36,465 nucleotides of DNA from the IMG/VR virus record IMGVR_UViG_3300045988_017676, positions 1 through 36,465 of that record; one strand, written 5' to 3'. The translations under genes were made by a program, and so were the position numbers. The notes under the pieces are model-generated. The model did no database searches, was not told the DNA's origin, and saw only the letters and a program-made list of their open reading frames with translations. Positions 6,022 through 13,593 of this stretch are shown piece after piece; position 1 is the stretch's first letter; the number at the start of each line of letters is the position of its first letter. The stretch comes from a virus.

Positions 6022-6681
6022 ATGAAAAAATTTGAATTAACCAGTGAATTTGTGACTTTTTTAGGAAAGAAGCTTTTTAGGATTAAGGCACTAATCTCTT
6101 TTGGGAATGTGGAAGAGGGAGAACTTGGTGGATATGTGGAGAAAGAAGAGAACCTTAGCAACGATGGCAATGCTTGGGTGTCCGGCGATGCTTGGGTGTA
6201 CGGCGATGCTGAGGTGTCCGGCGATGCTTGGGTGTACGGCGATGCTGAGGTGTGCGGCAATGCTAGGGTGTACGGCGATGCTAGGGTGTACGGCGATGCT
6301 AGGGTGTACGGCGATGCTAGGGTGTCCGGCGATGCTGAGGTGTGCGGCAATGCTTGGGTGTACGGCAATGCTTGGGTGTCCGGCAATGCTTGGGTGTCCG
6401 GCGATGCTTGGGTGTACGGCGATGCTTGGGTGTACGGCGATGCTAGGGTGTGCGGCAATGCTGACTACGCCACAGTGCATGGATTTGGCTCCGAATATCG
6501 TACAACTACATTTTTTAGGACAAAAGCAGGAGATATTGGCGTGAGATGTGGTTGCTTTTATGGCACTTTGGAGGAGTTTAGAGCAAAGGTAAAGGAAACG
6601 CATGGGGAAACTAAGACTGCGAAAGAGTATTTGATGGTTGCAGATCTTATGGAGTTTAGATTTTCGAAGGAGGAAGCATAG
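6022..6681 (+). CDS. Hexapeptide-repeat (beta-helix-type) protein with a conserved C-terminal Cys-containing domain
   Basis: Sixteen G[DN]A[WRE]V[SYC] units, then ...VRCGCFYGTLEEFRAKVKETHG... SD TAGGAGGAAAA. Confidence 0.85.
   Translation: MKKFELTSEFVTFLGKKLFRIKALISFGNVEEGELGGYVEKEENLSNDGNAWVSGDAWVYGDAEVSGDAWVYGDAEVCGNARVYGDARVYGDARVYGDARVSGDAEVCGNAWVYGNAWVSGNAWVSGDAWVYGDAWVYGDARVCGNADYATVHGFGSEYRTTTFFRTKAGDIGVRCGCFYGTLEEFRAKVKETHGETKTAKEYLMVADLMEFRFSKEEA
6166..6453 (+). repeat. 16 tandem 18-nt coding repeats GGC-RAT-GCT-(TGG/AGG/GAG)-GTG-T(C/A/G)C, plus a degenerate 17th unit to 6471
   Basis: Units were written out one by one. 14 of 18 positions are invariant in all 16 copies. Confidence 0.97.
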
Positions 6682-6852
6682 ATGAAAAAATGGGAATTTA
6701 ATGATGATATACCGGCAGAGATGGCAGTAGAGTTGATTCGAGCGGTGGAGCGGTACATCAATAGTTTTGATAATGACGGATATATGACAACAACCGAGAA
6801 AACAATGTTAGCAATTCTTGGAATAGAAAAAATAGAGGAGGAAGAACAATAA
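6682..6852 (+). CDS. Hypothetical 56-aa protein
   Basis: ATG 1 nt after the previous stop. TAATG overlap with the next gene. Confidence 0.55.
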   Translation: MKKWEFNDDIPAEMAVELIRAVERYINSFDNDGYMTTTEKTMLAILGIEKIEEEEQ

Positions 6853-7337
6853 TGGCAAATTTATACGAAATCAATGAGTCGATTGTAGCAGCGTTTGAAA
6901 GAGGAATCGATGCGGAAACAGGGGAAATTCTCAGCGAAAAGGCACTTGAAGAGTTAGCTAAACTAGAAATGGAGCGTGATGAGAAGGTTGAGGGAATCGC
7001 TTTGTGGATTAAGAATCTCCTAGCGGATGCGGAGGTGCTTAAAAAGGAAAAAGAGGTGTTTGCACAGCGCCAAAAGGCAGCGGAAAACAGAGCGGCATCC
7101 CTTAAAAAATACTTAGCAGGCGCACTTGCAGGGCAGAAATTTGAGACAAGCAAGGTAAAAATCGCCTTCCGGAAGTCGGAAAGTGTGGAAGTTACGGATA
7201 TTTCAAAGATAGATGATGATTATCTGAAATATGCGGAGCCGACTGCTGATAAGACAAAAATCAAAAAGGCTCTGAAAGAAGGGATTGATTTGCAGGGAGT
7301 GCGGCTTGTTGAAGGGAAAAATATTCAGATTAAGTAG
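6852..7337 (+). CDS. Siphovirus Gp157-family protein
   Basis: MANLYEINESIVAAFE... coiled-coil. Typical position upstream of the Sak4-like ATPase. Confidence 0.75.
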   Translation: MANLYEINESIVAAFERGIDAETGEILSEKALEELAKLEMERDEKVEGIALWIKNLLADAEVLKKEKEVFAQRQKAAENRAASLKKYLAGALAGQKFETSKVKIAFRKSESVEVTDISKIDDDYLKYAEPTADKTKIKKALKEGIDLQGVRLVEGKNIQIK

Positions 7338-7349
7338 GAGGATTAGATA

Positions 7350-7991
7350 ATGAGCAAGGTGATTTGTATCGCCGGAGAATCCGGTTCGGGGAAGACGACA
7401 AGTATGAGAAATTTAGATCCAAAGACAACATTCTACATTGACGCAGACTGCAAAGGATTGTCTTGGAAAGGTTGGAGAAGTCAATATAACACTGATAACA
7501 AGAACTATAAAGCAACAGACGATGCCAATGTTGTTAGAACGTTTATTAAGAGACTGGCAGAAGGTTGTCCTAACATTAAAGTTATTGTGGTTGACACAAT
7601 CAATGGACTTATGGTTGCAGACGAAATGAGGAGAAGCAAGGAAAAAGGATATGATAAATGGGTGGATCTAGCCGCATGTGCGTGGGATCTGGTTTGTGAA
7701 TGTTATACATATCGTGATGATCTGACAATCGTCTTCACCGCTCACACTCAAACGGATCATGACGAGAATGGTTACATGTTCACACGGATTAAGACGTCTG
7801 GTAAGAAATTGGACAAGATTGTGCTGGAAAGTAAATTTACAACAGTCCTTCTCAGCAAATGTGTTGATGGGCAGTATAAGTTTGAAACGAGAGCAAACAA
7901 TAGCACAGCGAAATCTCCTTTAGGAGCATTCGAGGAATTTGAGATTGATAATGACATCGTAGAAGTAATTAAAGCATTGGAGGAATTTTAA
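7350..7991 (+). CDS. Sak4-like RecA-fold ATPase (AAA_24 type)
   Basis: Walker A GESGSGKTT. Walker B-like VIVVDTI. SD TAGGAGGA. Confidence 0.8.
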   Translation: MSKVICIAGESGSGKTTSMRNLDPKTTFYIDADCKGLSWKGWRSQYNTDNKNYKATDDANVVRTFIKRLAEGCPNIKVIVVDTINGLMVADEMRRSKEKGYDKWVDLAACAWDLVCECYTYRDDLTIVFTAHTQTDHDENGYMFTRIKTSGKKLDKIVLESKFTTVLLSKCVDGQYKFETRANNSTAKSPLGAFEEFEIDNDIVEVIKALEEF

Positions 7992-7993
7992 AT

Positions 7994-8596
7994 ATGAGAA
8001 AGCCAAATAATTTTGATAATACAAAAGCGCAGGGAGATTTTACTCCGGTAGAACTTGGAGGACATATCATGGTAATTAAGGATGTTACGGAGATGAAGTC
8101 CAAGAATGGGAAAGATATGATCAGAATTTCTTTCGATTTTGCAAAGAATGATAAGCAGCCAGGATACTTTGAAAAAATGTTTAGAGATGATATCAGACCG
8201 GATAAAAAATGGCCAAATCAAGCGACTCAGTACATCTTGACAGAGGATGCTGATGGAAATTGTAGCAGGTCATTTAAAACATTCATTACTTGCGTAGAGC
8301 ATTCCAACAAAATGGAAGTGCAATGGGGAGACAACTTCGAGCAACAGTTTAAAAATAAAGCAATTGGTGGAGTGTTCGGACCGCAAATGGATTATTACAA
8401 CGGAAAAGAAATCGAGAAAAGAGTTCTTAGATGGTTTACGTCTGCTGACAAAGTAAAAGATGCACAAGTGCCAGATATGTCGGAAACACAAGCATATAAG
8501 AATCATCTTAACGGATATCATCCAAATTCAACTTCCGCAGGGGATGGATTTATGAATATTCCTGATGGAATCGATGAAGAACTTCCGTTTGCATAG
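7994..8596 (+). CDS. DUF669-family protein (phage SSB-like recombination accessory)
   Basis: FTPVELGGHIMVIKDVTEMKSKNGKDMIRISFDF fits the DUF669 pattern. Acidic C-terminal tail DEELPF. Confidence 0.7.
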   Translation: MRKPNNFDNTKAQGDFTPVELGGHIMVIKDVTEMKSKNGKDMIRISFDFAKNDKQPGYFEKMFRDDIRPDKKWPNQATQYILTEDADGNCSRSFKTFITCVEHSNKMEVQWGDNFEQQFKNKAIGGVFGPQMDYYNGKEIEKRVLRWFTSADKVKDAQVPDMSETQAYKNHLNGYHPNSTSAGDGFMNIPDGIDEELPFA

Positions 8597-8607
8597 AGGT
8601 GGAATAG

Positions 8608-9117
8608 ATGGATATACAAATTGATAGCCGGGAAAAGGCAAGAGCAATTAGGAAAATTGTAAAGACTTTTGATGAGAGTGGAGTCAAATACTTTTCTAGT
8701 AAGTTATTAGTTGGGGATTACATGTCTTTGGACAATCCCCGGCTGATCATTGACAGAAAACAAAACCTACAGGAGCTTTGCGGAAATGTTTGCCAGCAAC
8801 ATGAAAGGTTTAAGAGAGAGCTGCTTAGAGCAATGGATGCGGGAATACAACTCATTATATTGGTTGAACACGGACAAGGCATAAATAACATCGAAGATGT
8901 TTATTTTTGGAAGAATCCGCGGAAACACGAAGTACGCTTCCGAACCGTAAATGGAAAAAGGGAAAGATATGTGGTGTCAGCTAAGGCGGTGGATGGTGAT
9001 CAGCTTTATAAATCTCTTTGTACCATCAGAGATCGATACAATGTGAGGTTCGAATTTTGCGAGAAAAAAGACACCGGAAAGAAAATCATTGAATTGTTAG
9101 GCAGGAAAGATGAATAA
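8608..9117 (+). CDS. ERCC4/Hef/Mus81-type nuclease-like protein (candidate junction resolvase)
   Basis: IDSRE, VGDY and IIDRKQNLQEL resemble D.RE/GDY/ERKxxxD. The acidic residues of the ERK..D motif are swapped (DRK..E). Confidence 0.6.
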   Translation: MDIQIDSREKARAIRKIVKTFDESGVKYFSSKLLVGDYMSLDNPRLIIDRKQNLQELCGNVCQQHERFKRELLRAMDAGIQLIILVEHGQGINNIEDVYFWKNPRKHEVRFRTVNGKRERYVVSAKAVDGDQLYKSLCTIRDRYNVRFEFCEKKDTGKKIIELLGRKDE

Positions 9118-9601
9118 GGAAGAGATTAAGAAAACATACAGTATGAGGGAAATTGCAGAGCGGTACGGATTCCAAGTGGATCGGGCGGGATTTATTCACT
9201 GCCCATTCCACCAAGGGGATCGGGGAGCATCGCTGAAAATCTACCAGGATAGTTTTCATTGCTTTGGGTGCGGGGCAAATGGAGATATATTCACGTTTGT
9301 TCAAATGATGGACCGGGTTGATTTTAAAGAGGCTTTTCAAAGTCTTGGAGGGACTTATGATAAGCCAACATTTCACTCGAAGCTGGCTGTATACCGGAGT
9401 AAAAAGAAAGCAGATCAGCGGAAAAAAGAACAAGATAAACTTAAAAAAAGAAGAGAGCTTAATAATGTACTGATTGATGTGTATCGCGACTATATGAATC
9501 GATCAGAGCCATTCAGCGAGACTTGGTGTGACTGCTACAATGCTCTGCAATATCAGTTGTACCTGCATGATATTTTAAACAGTGAGGAGGTGAGAATGTG
9601 A
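9110..9601 (+). CDS. CHC2 zinc-finger protein (DnaG primase Zn-binding domain only)
   Basis: CPFHQGDRGASLKIYQDSFHCFGCGANGDIFTF. No TOPRIM region is recognisable in its 163 aa. Confidence 0.8.
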   Translation: MNKEEIKKTYSMREIAERYGFQVDRAGFIHCPFHQGDRGASLKIYQDSFHCFGCGANGDIFTFVQMMDRVDFKEAFQSLGGTYDKPTFHSKLAVYRSKKKADQRKKEQDKLKKRRELNNVLIDVYRDYMNRSEPFSETWCDCYNALQYQLYLHDILNSEEVRM

Positions 9602-11466
9602 AAGAAATGAGCGAATTTGATGCGGACAGCATATTGGATGATGAAGTTTTCATCGAGCTGTTTGAGATGGAAGATCCGATTCTCCGGTCGAAAACAAAGG
9701 TTCAACTCACTAGGAGAGCTAAACAGCTGGGAGTTAAATCAGATTTTGAAGAGATATTAAAGGGGTACAGCCAGGCAGATCGAGAAATGAAAAGGCAGGA
9801 GCAGGAAAATAGAACTGTCTGCACAGTGGATAATTACACCAATTTCACGGGACCTCATGATCGGATGTATTGCGGTGCATGGATAGCAGATGATCGAGGA
9901 GTCTTTGCTCAGAATTCCGGAAGAGTTGATGAGGTAGCCTGCTATCACCCGATTCTTCCAGTGGAGAGGCTGCGTAATCTCGAGACTGGAGAAGAGCAGA
10001 TCAAGTTGGCATACAAACGAAATAATCAATGGCAGGACATTGTTGTGCCAAAGACAATGATTACATCGGCGAATAAGATTGTGGCGCTGTCCGGAAGAGG
10101 AATATCTGTCACATCAGAAAATGCAAAGCTGTTGGTCAAGTATCTCGCTGACGTGGAAAATGGAAATGATGACTACATAGATGTGCAATACTCCACAAGT
10201 AAGCTAGGATGGATTAACGATCAGTTTATCCCCTATGATACAGACATTATCTTTGATGGTGATAATCGCTTCAAACAAGCTTTTGAGAGTGTTTCAGATC
10301 ATGGAAGCTTTGATGTGTGGCTAAGGCATGTCCGGGAGCTTCGAGCATCTGGCAGGATGGAAGTGAAATTTCTATTAGCTGCATCATTTTCCAGTGTATT
10401 AGTGCAAGTTCTTGGCGGGCTCCCGTTTTTCGTGGACTTATGGGGAGAAACAGAGGGAGGAAAGACAGTATCTTTGATGGTCGCTGCTTCCGTGTGGGCG
10501 AATCCAGATGAGAGCAGATATATAGGAGATTTTAAAACTACAGATGTTGCGCTGGAAGCAAAGGCGGATATGCTGAATCATCTCCCGATGTTTCTCGATG
10601 ATACAAGTAAAACCTCAGCGAGAATCAGGGATAATTTTGAAGGAATTGTTTATGATCTGTGTTCTGGGAAAGGAAAGAGCCGGTCCAATAAAGAACTTGG
10701 AATCAATCGAGAAAACCGCTGGAGAAACGTGATGATCTGCAATGGAGAACGGCCATTAAGCAGTTATGTCAATCAAGGCGGAGCAATTAACAGAATCTTA
10801 GAAGTTGAGTGCGGCGAAAAAATATATCAGGATCCACAGAAGACGGCAGAAACAGTGAAGAAAAATTATGGACATGCAGGGAAAGAGTTTGTGGAGATTA
10901 TAAAGGAACTCGGTGAGGACGAAATTCGTTCTATTCAGAAAGAATTTCAAAAACAACTTTTAGATACGGACAAGATGCAGAAGCAGAGTATTTCGCTTTC
11001 TATCGTTCTTGCAGCAGATAAAATAGCCACAGACTATATATTTAAGGATGGACAATATATTTCCGTGGAAGAGGCGAAAAAGGTGCTTATAGACCGAAAC
11101 GAGCTTTCAGATAATGAGCGCTGTTATCATTTCATCCAGGATAAGGTGGCAATGAATGGACATCGGTTTGATGCAATGACGAGCTGCGAAAAGTGGGGAA
11201 TTGTTGAGAATGGATATGCAATATTTTACAATTCTGCGTTTGACCAGATTTGCAAGGATGGTGGATTTTCTAAAAAATCTTTTCTTTCATGGGCGGCGAA
11301 GAAAGGAATTATCCAGCAGGACAGCAAAGGAAATCATACAAAGCAGAAGAAGATTGACGGGAAAAACTCGAGGTGTGTGTTTTTACAACTAAATCCAGAA
11401 GAGAATGTGGATAATGATGGATTCGCGAGCATCGATGAGACACAAGAGGAGTTGCCATTTCAATAA
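9598..11466 (+). CDS. SF3-type replicative helicase / primase-associated protein (DUF927/VirE-like)
   Basis: Walker A GETEGGKT. Walker B MFLDDT. GTG start after GAGGAGG (alternative ATG at 9607). Acidic C-terminus EELPF matches the DUF669 tail. Confidence 0.8.
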   Translation: MKEMSEFDADSILDDEVFIELFEMEDPILRSKTKVQLTRRAKQLGVKSDFEEILKGYSQADREMKRQEQENRTVCTVDNYTNFTGPHDRMYCGAWIADDRGVFAQNSGRVDEVACYHPILPVERLRNLETGEEQIKLAYKRNNQWQDIVVPKTMITSANKIVALSGRGISVTSENAKLLVKYLADVENGNDDYIDVQYSTSKLGWINDQFIPYDTDIIFDGDNRFKQAFESVSDHGSFDVWLRHVRELRASGRMEVKFLLAASFSSVLVQVLGGLPFFVDLWGETEGGKTVSLMVAASVWANPDESRYIGDFKTTDVALEAKADMLNHLPMFLDDTSKTSARIRDNFEGIVYDLCSGKGKSRSNKELGINRENRWRNVMICNGERPLSSYVNQGGAINRILEVECGEKIYQDPQKTAETVKKNYGHAGKEFVEIIKELGEDEIRSIQKEFQKQLLDTDKMQKQSISLSIVLAADKIATDYIFKDGQYISVEEAKKVLIDRNELSDNERCYHFIQDKVAMNGHRFDAMTSCEKWGIVENGYAIFYNSAFDQICKDGGFSKKSFLSWAAKKGIIQQDSKGNHTKQKKIDGKNSRCVFLQLNPEENVDNDGFASIDETQEELPFQ

Positions 11467-11470
11467 AAAA

Positions 11471-11673
11471 GGTAGCAAAGTAACAAGGTAACAACGGAAA
11501 AACGCGCTATATATAAGAGCGTTTTGTGTGAGAAATCCAAGAAATATGAAATCCCTATATAGGGTAAAAATCATTGTTACTTTGTTACCATAGCTTGAAA
11601 AGCCGTCAACCATGCGGGTTTGAGTAGGTAGCAAGCGTTTGTTACTAATACGAAATATTTGATACTTTGTTAC
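11471..11673. repeat. Iteron cluster: at least 8 copies of RGTARCAA in both orientations, plus palindrome CCCTATATAGGG (11553-11564); candidate origin or regulatory region
   Basis: GGTAGCAA-AGTAACAA-GGTAACAA (11471-11494). Inverted GGTAACAA-AGTAACAA (11574-11589). GGTAGCAA-gcgt-TTGTTACT (11627-11646). TTTGTTAC (11666-11673). Confidence 0.65.
11503..11525 (+). terminator. Terminator-like hairpin after the helicase gene
   Basis: CGCGCT-atatata-AGAGCG (5 of 6 pairs) followed by TTTT. Confidence 0.5.
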
Positions 11674-11687
11674 GAAAAGGAGTAAAT

Positions 11688-11885
11688 ATGCACGAAAAAA
11701 TAACAGATATTCAAAATTCTTTCTGGAAAGCCTATAAGGACTTTAGAGAGAATCAAGATTATAAACAGTATAACGCATCAATCAAGGCGATCGCTAAGAA
11801 ATATCAGTCAGACAAAGAGATGCTTGATTTTATAAAATCCTTATTAATTGCATGGACTCCGGTAATTAATTTATGGAAGGAGTGA
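11688..11885 (+). CDS. Hypothetical 65-aa protein
   Basis: ATG after AAAAGGAG. The track ORF starts upstream at a TTG. Confidence 0.65.
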   Translation: MHEKITDIQNSFWKAYKDFRENQDYKQYNASIKAIAKKYQSDKEMLDFIKSLLIAWTPVINLWKE

Positions 11886-11888
11886 TCC

Positions 11889-12041
11889 TATGCTATGGAT
11901 GGCAGTGACTGCAGATCGATTTGAATTGCCTCTTTGTGTGGAAGAATCAGCCACTCTCCTGGCAAGAAAATTACATACTACGGAATCAACGATACGAAGT
12001 AGGAGATCGAGGCAGAACAATGGAAAGATATGCGGATATAG
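11889..12041 (+). CDS. Hypothetical 50-aa protein
   Basis: AAGGAG lies 8 nt upstream. MLWMAVTADRFELPLCVEESATLLARKLHTTESTIRSKE... Confidence 0.45.
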
Positions 12042-12069
12042 GATAGTGGCAGTAGAGGAGGAAAGATAA

Positions 12070-12366
12070 ATGGTAGAGATTAAATTACAGGATGGATATT
12101 TTATCGAGGTGGATCCATTAAATTACACATTGAGACAGAGGTATTCCGGGAAGACAAAGGATGGCGAATCGAAAGAATCTGTCAGAACACATGGATATTA
12201 CGGAAGCATCCGGCAGGCGGTAGACAGATACATAACTCTTTCTCAGCTTGACTTTATGGACGGTATGAGCATCGACTTGAAAGAATATGTGGATTTGATT
12301 GAAAGACTTAATAAATCAGCTGTACAGAGGATTGAGAGTGCTATCGGGAGGTATCCGAAAGAATGA
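12070..12366 (+). CDS. Hypothetical 98-aa protein
   Basis: SD GAGGAGGAAAG. Track ORF. Confidence 0.75.
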   Translation: MVEIKLQDGYFIEVDPLNYTLRQRYSGKTKDGESKESVRTHGYYGSIRQAVDRYITLSQLDFMDGMSIDLKEYVDLIERLNKSAVQRIESAIGRYPKE

Positions 12367-12529
12367 AGAGTAGTGCTATGAAAAAAAGGAACTGGCTCCC
12401 GATGATGCGAAGCTATGCGCTAACTGTGGGAAGATGCTGATCGGAGAGTATGATTATGTGAAAACAAAGAGAGGAACAGAGATGTATTTCTGTAAAGGTT
12501 TGTCGTGTGGAAGAACGAAAAGAAGATAA
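12363..12529 (+). pseudogene. Zinc-ribbon mini-protein split by a frameshift at an A7 tract (12381-12387)
   Basis: An ATGA-coupled start at 12363 gives MKSSAMKK in frame 0. The CANCGK...FCKGLSCG ribbon lies in the -1 frame (open 12374-12529) and has no start codon of its own. Confidence 0.5.
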
Positions 12530-12590
12530 GGAAGAACATACATGGCCAGAAGAGCCGTGCAGTTCTTTCCGGGACGAGGTAGAGAAGAAA

Positions 12591-12722
12591 ATGAATAAAA
12601 TTAAGAAAGTGACAAAGAAAAGCTATAAAGGTTGCGAAGCTTGTAGATGGCAACGGTTAAATGGCGGCACTTGCAAAGGCGGTAAGGCAAGATGTGGGCA
12701 GTTTGTAGCGGAGAAGGAATGA
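12591..12722 (+). CDS. Cys-containing 43-aa mini-protein
   Basis: MNKIKKVTKKSYKGCEACRWQRLNGGTCKGGKARCGQF. GAGGT upstream. The track ORF begins earlier at a GTG. Confidence 0.5.
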   Translation: MNKIKKVTKKSYKGCEACRWQRLNGGTCKGGKARCGQFVAEKE

Positions 12723-12734
12723 GGTGAAATAGGC

Positions 12735-12887
12735 ATGTTAGGCAAATGCAAAGCACCAAACACATGTATATGCAACTATGATTGCTGCTGCATAGAATGT
12801 CCGGAACATGACATTTGCAATATGCAGTGCGTAGACGTGGATGAGTACGAGTATTGTGTGGAGTGTCCGGAGTATGAGGAGGAGTAA
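12735..12887 (+). CDS. Cys-rich acidic 50-aa mini-protein (11 Cys)
   Basis: MLGKCKAPNTCICNYDCCCIECPEHDICNMQCVDVDEYEYCVECPEYEEE. SD GAGGTG. Duplicated [IV]ECPE[HY] motif. Confidence 0.6.
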   Translation: MLGKCKAPNTCICNYDCCCIECPEHDICNMQCVDVDEYEYCVECPEYEEE

Positions 12888-12890
12888 TAC

Positions 12891-13172
12891 ATGGATGGGA
12901 AGAAAGTTAGAGAAGCAATAGAAGATTTTAAGGAATTATCTATCCAAATGCGAGAAAGAGGATTTAGTGGAGCTTCTAAGCATTGCGATTTGGCAATCGA
13001 AGCACTGGAAAAGCAGTTGCCTATGAAAGTGGAATATGAAGGCGGATTTAGCAACAATGGTTTTACAAGGTATCGAATGGCGAAATGCCCTGATTGTGAC
13101 AGATGGCATAGCAGTAGAGACGAGATTATCTATTGTTCAAAATGTGGACAGAGATTAGATTGGAGTGAATGA
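12891..13172 (+). CDS. Zinc-ribbon protein, 93 aa
   Basis: C-terminal CPDCDRW...YCSKCGQ. SD GAGGAGGAG. Confidence 0.75.
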   Translation: MDGKKVREAIEDFKELSIQMRERGFSGASKHCDLAIEALEKQLPMKVEYEGGFSNNGFTRYRMAKCPDCDRWHSSRDEIIYCSKCGQRLDWSE

Positions 13173-13173
13173 C

Positions 13174-13353
13174 ATGGAAGAATTAAAGAAATGCCCATTT
13201 TGCGATGGAGAAGCAAGTCTTAAAGTTAATCATGGGTTCGGAGAAGAAGTTATATCGGCTTTTGTGTACTGTGAGGAATGCGGAGTCGCAACGCGAAGTT
13301 TCGCTTTAGAATCTACGGCTAGAGGAACATGGAATAGGAGAGTGGAAGAATGA
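13174..13353 (+). CDS. Lar-family restriction-alleviation-like protein
   Basis: LKKCPFCDGEA...YCEECGVATR...ARGTWNRRVE fits the Lar_restr_allev pattern (CPFCG...C..CG...WNRR). An alternative GTG start lies at 13165. Confidence 0.7.
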   Translation: MEELKKCPFCDGEASLKVNHGFGEEVISAFVYCEECGVATRSFALESTARGTWNRRVEE

Positions 13354-13571
13354 AAGAGGAGATGGTTGAAGTTTTAATTAAAATTGCAAGCAAATGCAAG
13401 ACTAAAGACGGATGCCGTATTAAGATCACAACCCCAGCAGGACGTTATTTAGATACCTTAATCGTAGAAAAAGCGTATGATAACGGAACAATTACGGGAT
13501 ATAGTGAACACATGGATATTGATACAGCTTATTATATTACGGATGGGATTGGAATTGAATTTTTAAATTGA
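13350..13571 (+). CDS. Hypothetical 73-aa protein
   Basis: ATGA coupling. SD GGAGAGTGG. Confidence 0.7.
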   Translation: MKEEMVEVLIKIASKCKTKDGCRIKITTPAGRYLDTLIVEKAYDNGTITGYSEHMDIDTAYYITDGIGIEFLN

Positions 13572-13593
13572 TTTTATGAGGTGAAAAATAAAG

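Noticed and set aside
6166-6453. Possible CRISPR array or non-coding satellite
   Set aside because: The units are contiguous with no spacers, are 18 nt long, keep the reading frame and lie inside a well-supported CDS. No cas genes are present.
5988-6603. Three long extra ORFs (156 aa and 170 aa on the minus strand, 147 aa on the plus strand) overlapping the repeat gene
   Set aside because: They are periodic read-outs of the same 18-nt repeat in other frames or on the other strand (SPYTQA..., HPSIAV..., AMLGCT...). They have no SD sites and no non-repeat domains. Only the 6022 frame has a proper SD, unique N- and C-terminal domains and a coherent hexapeptide.
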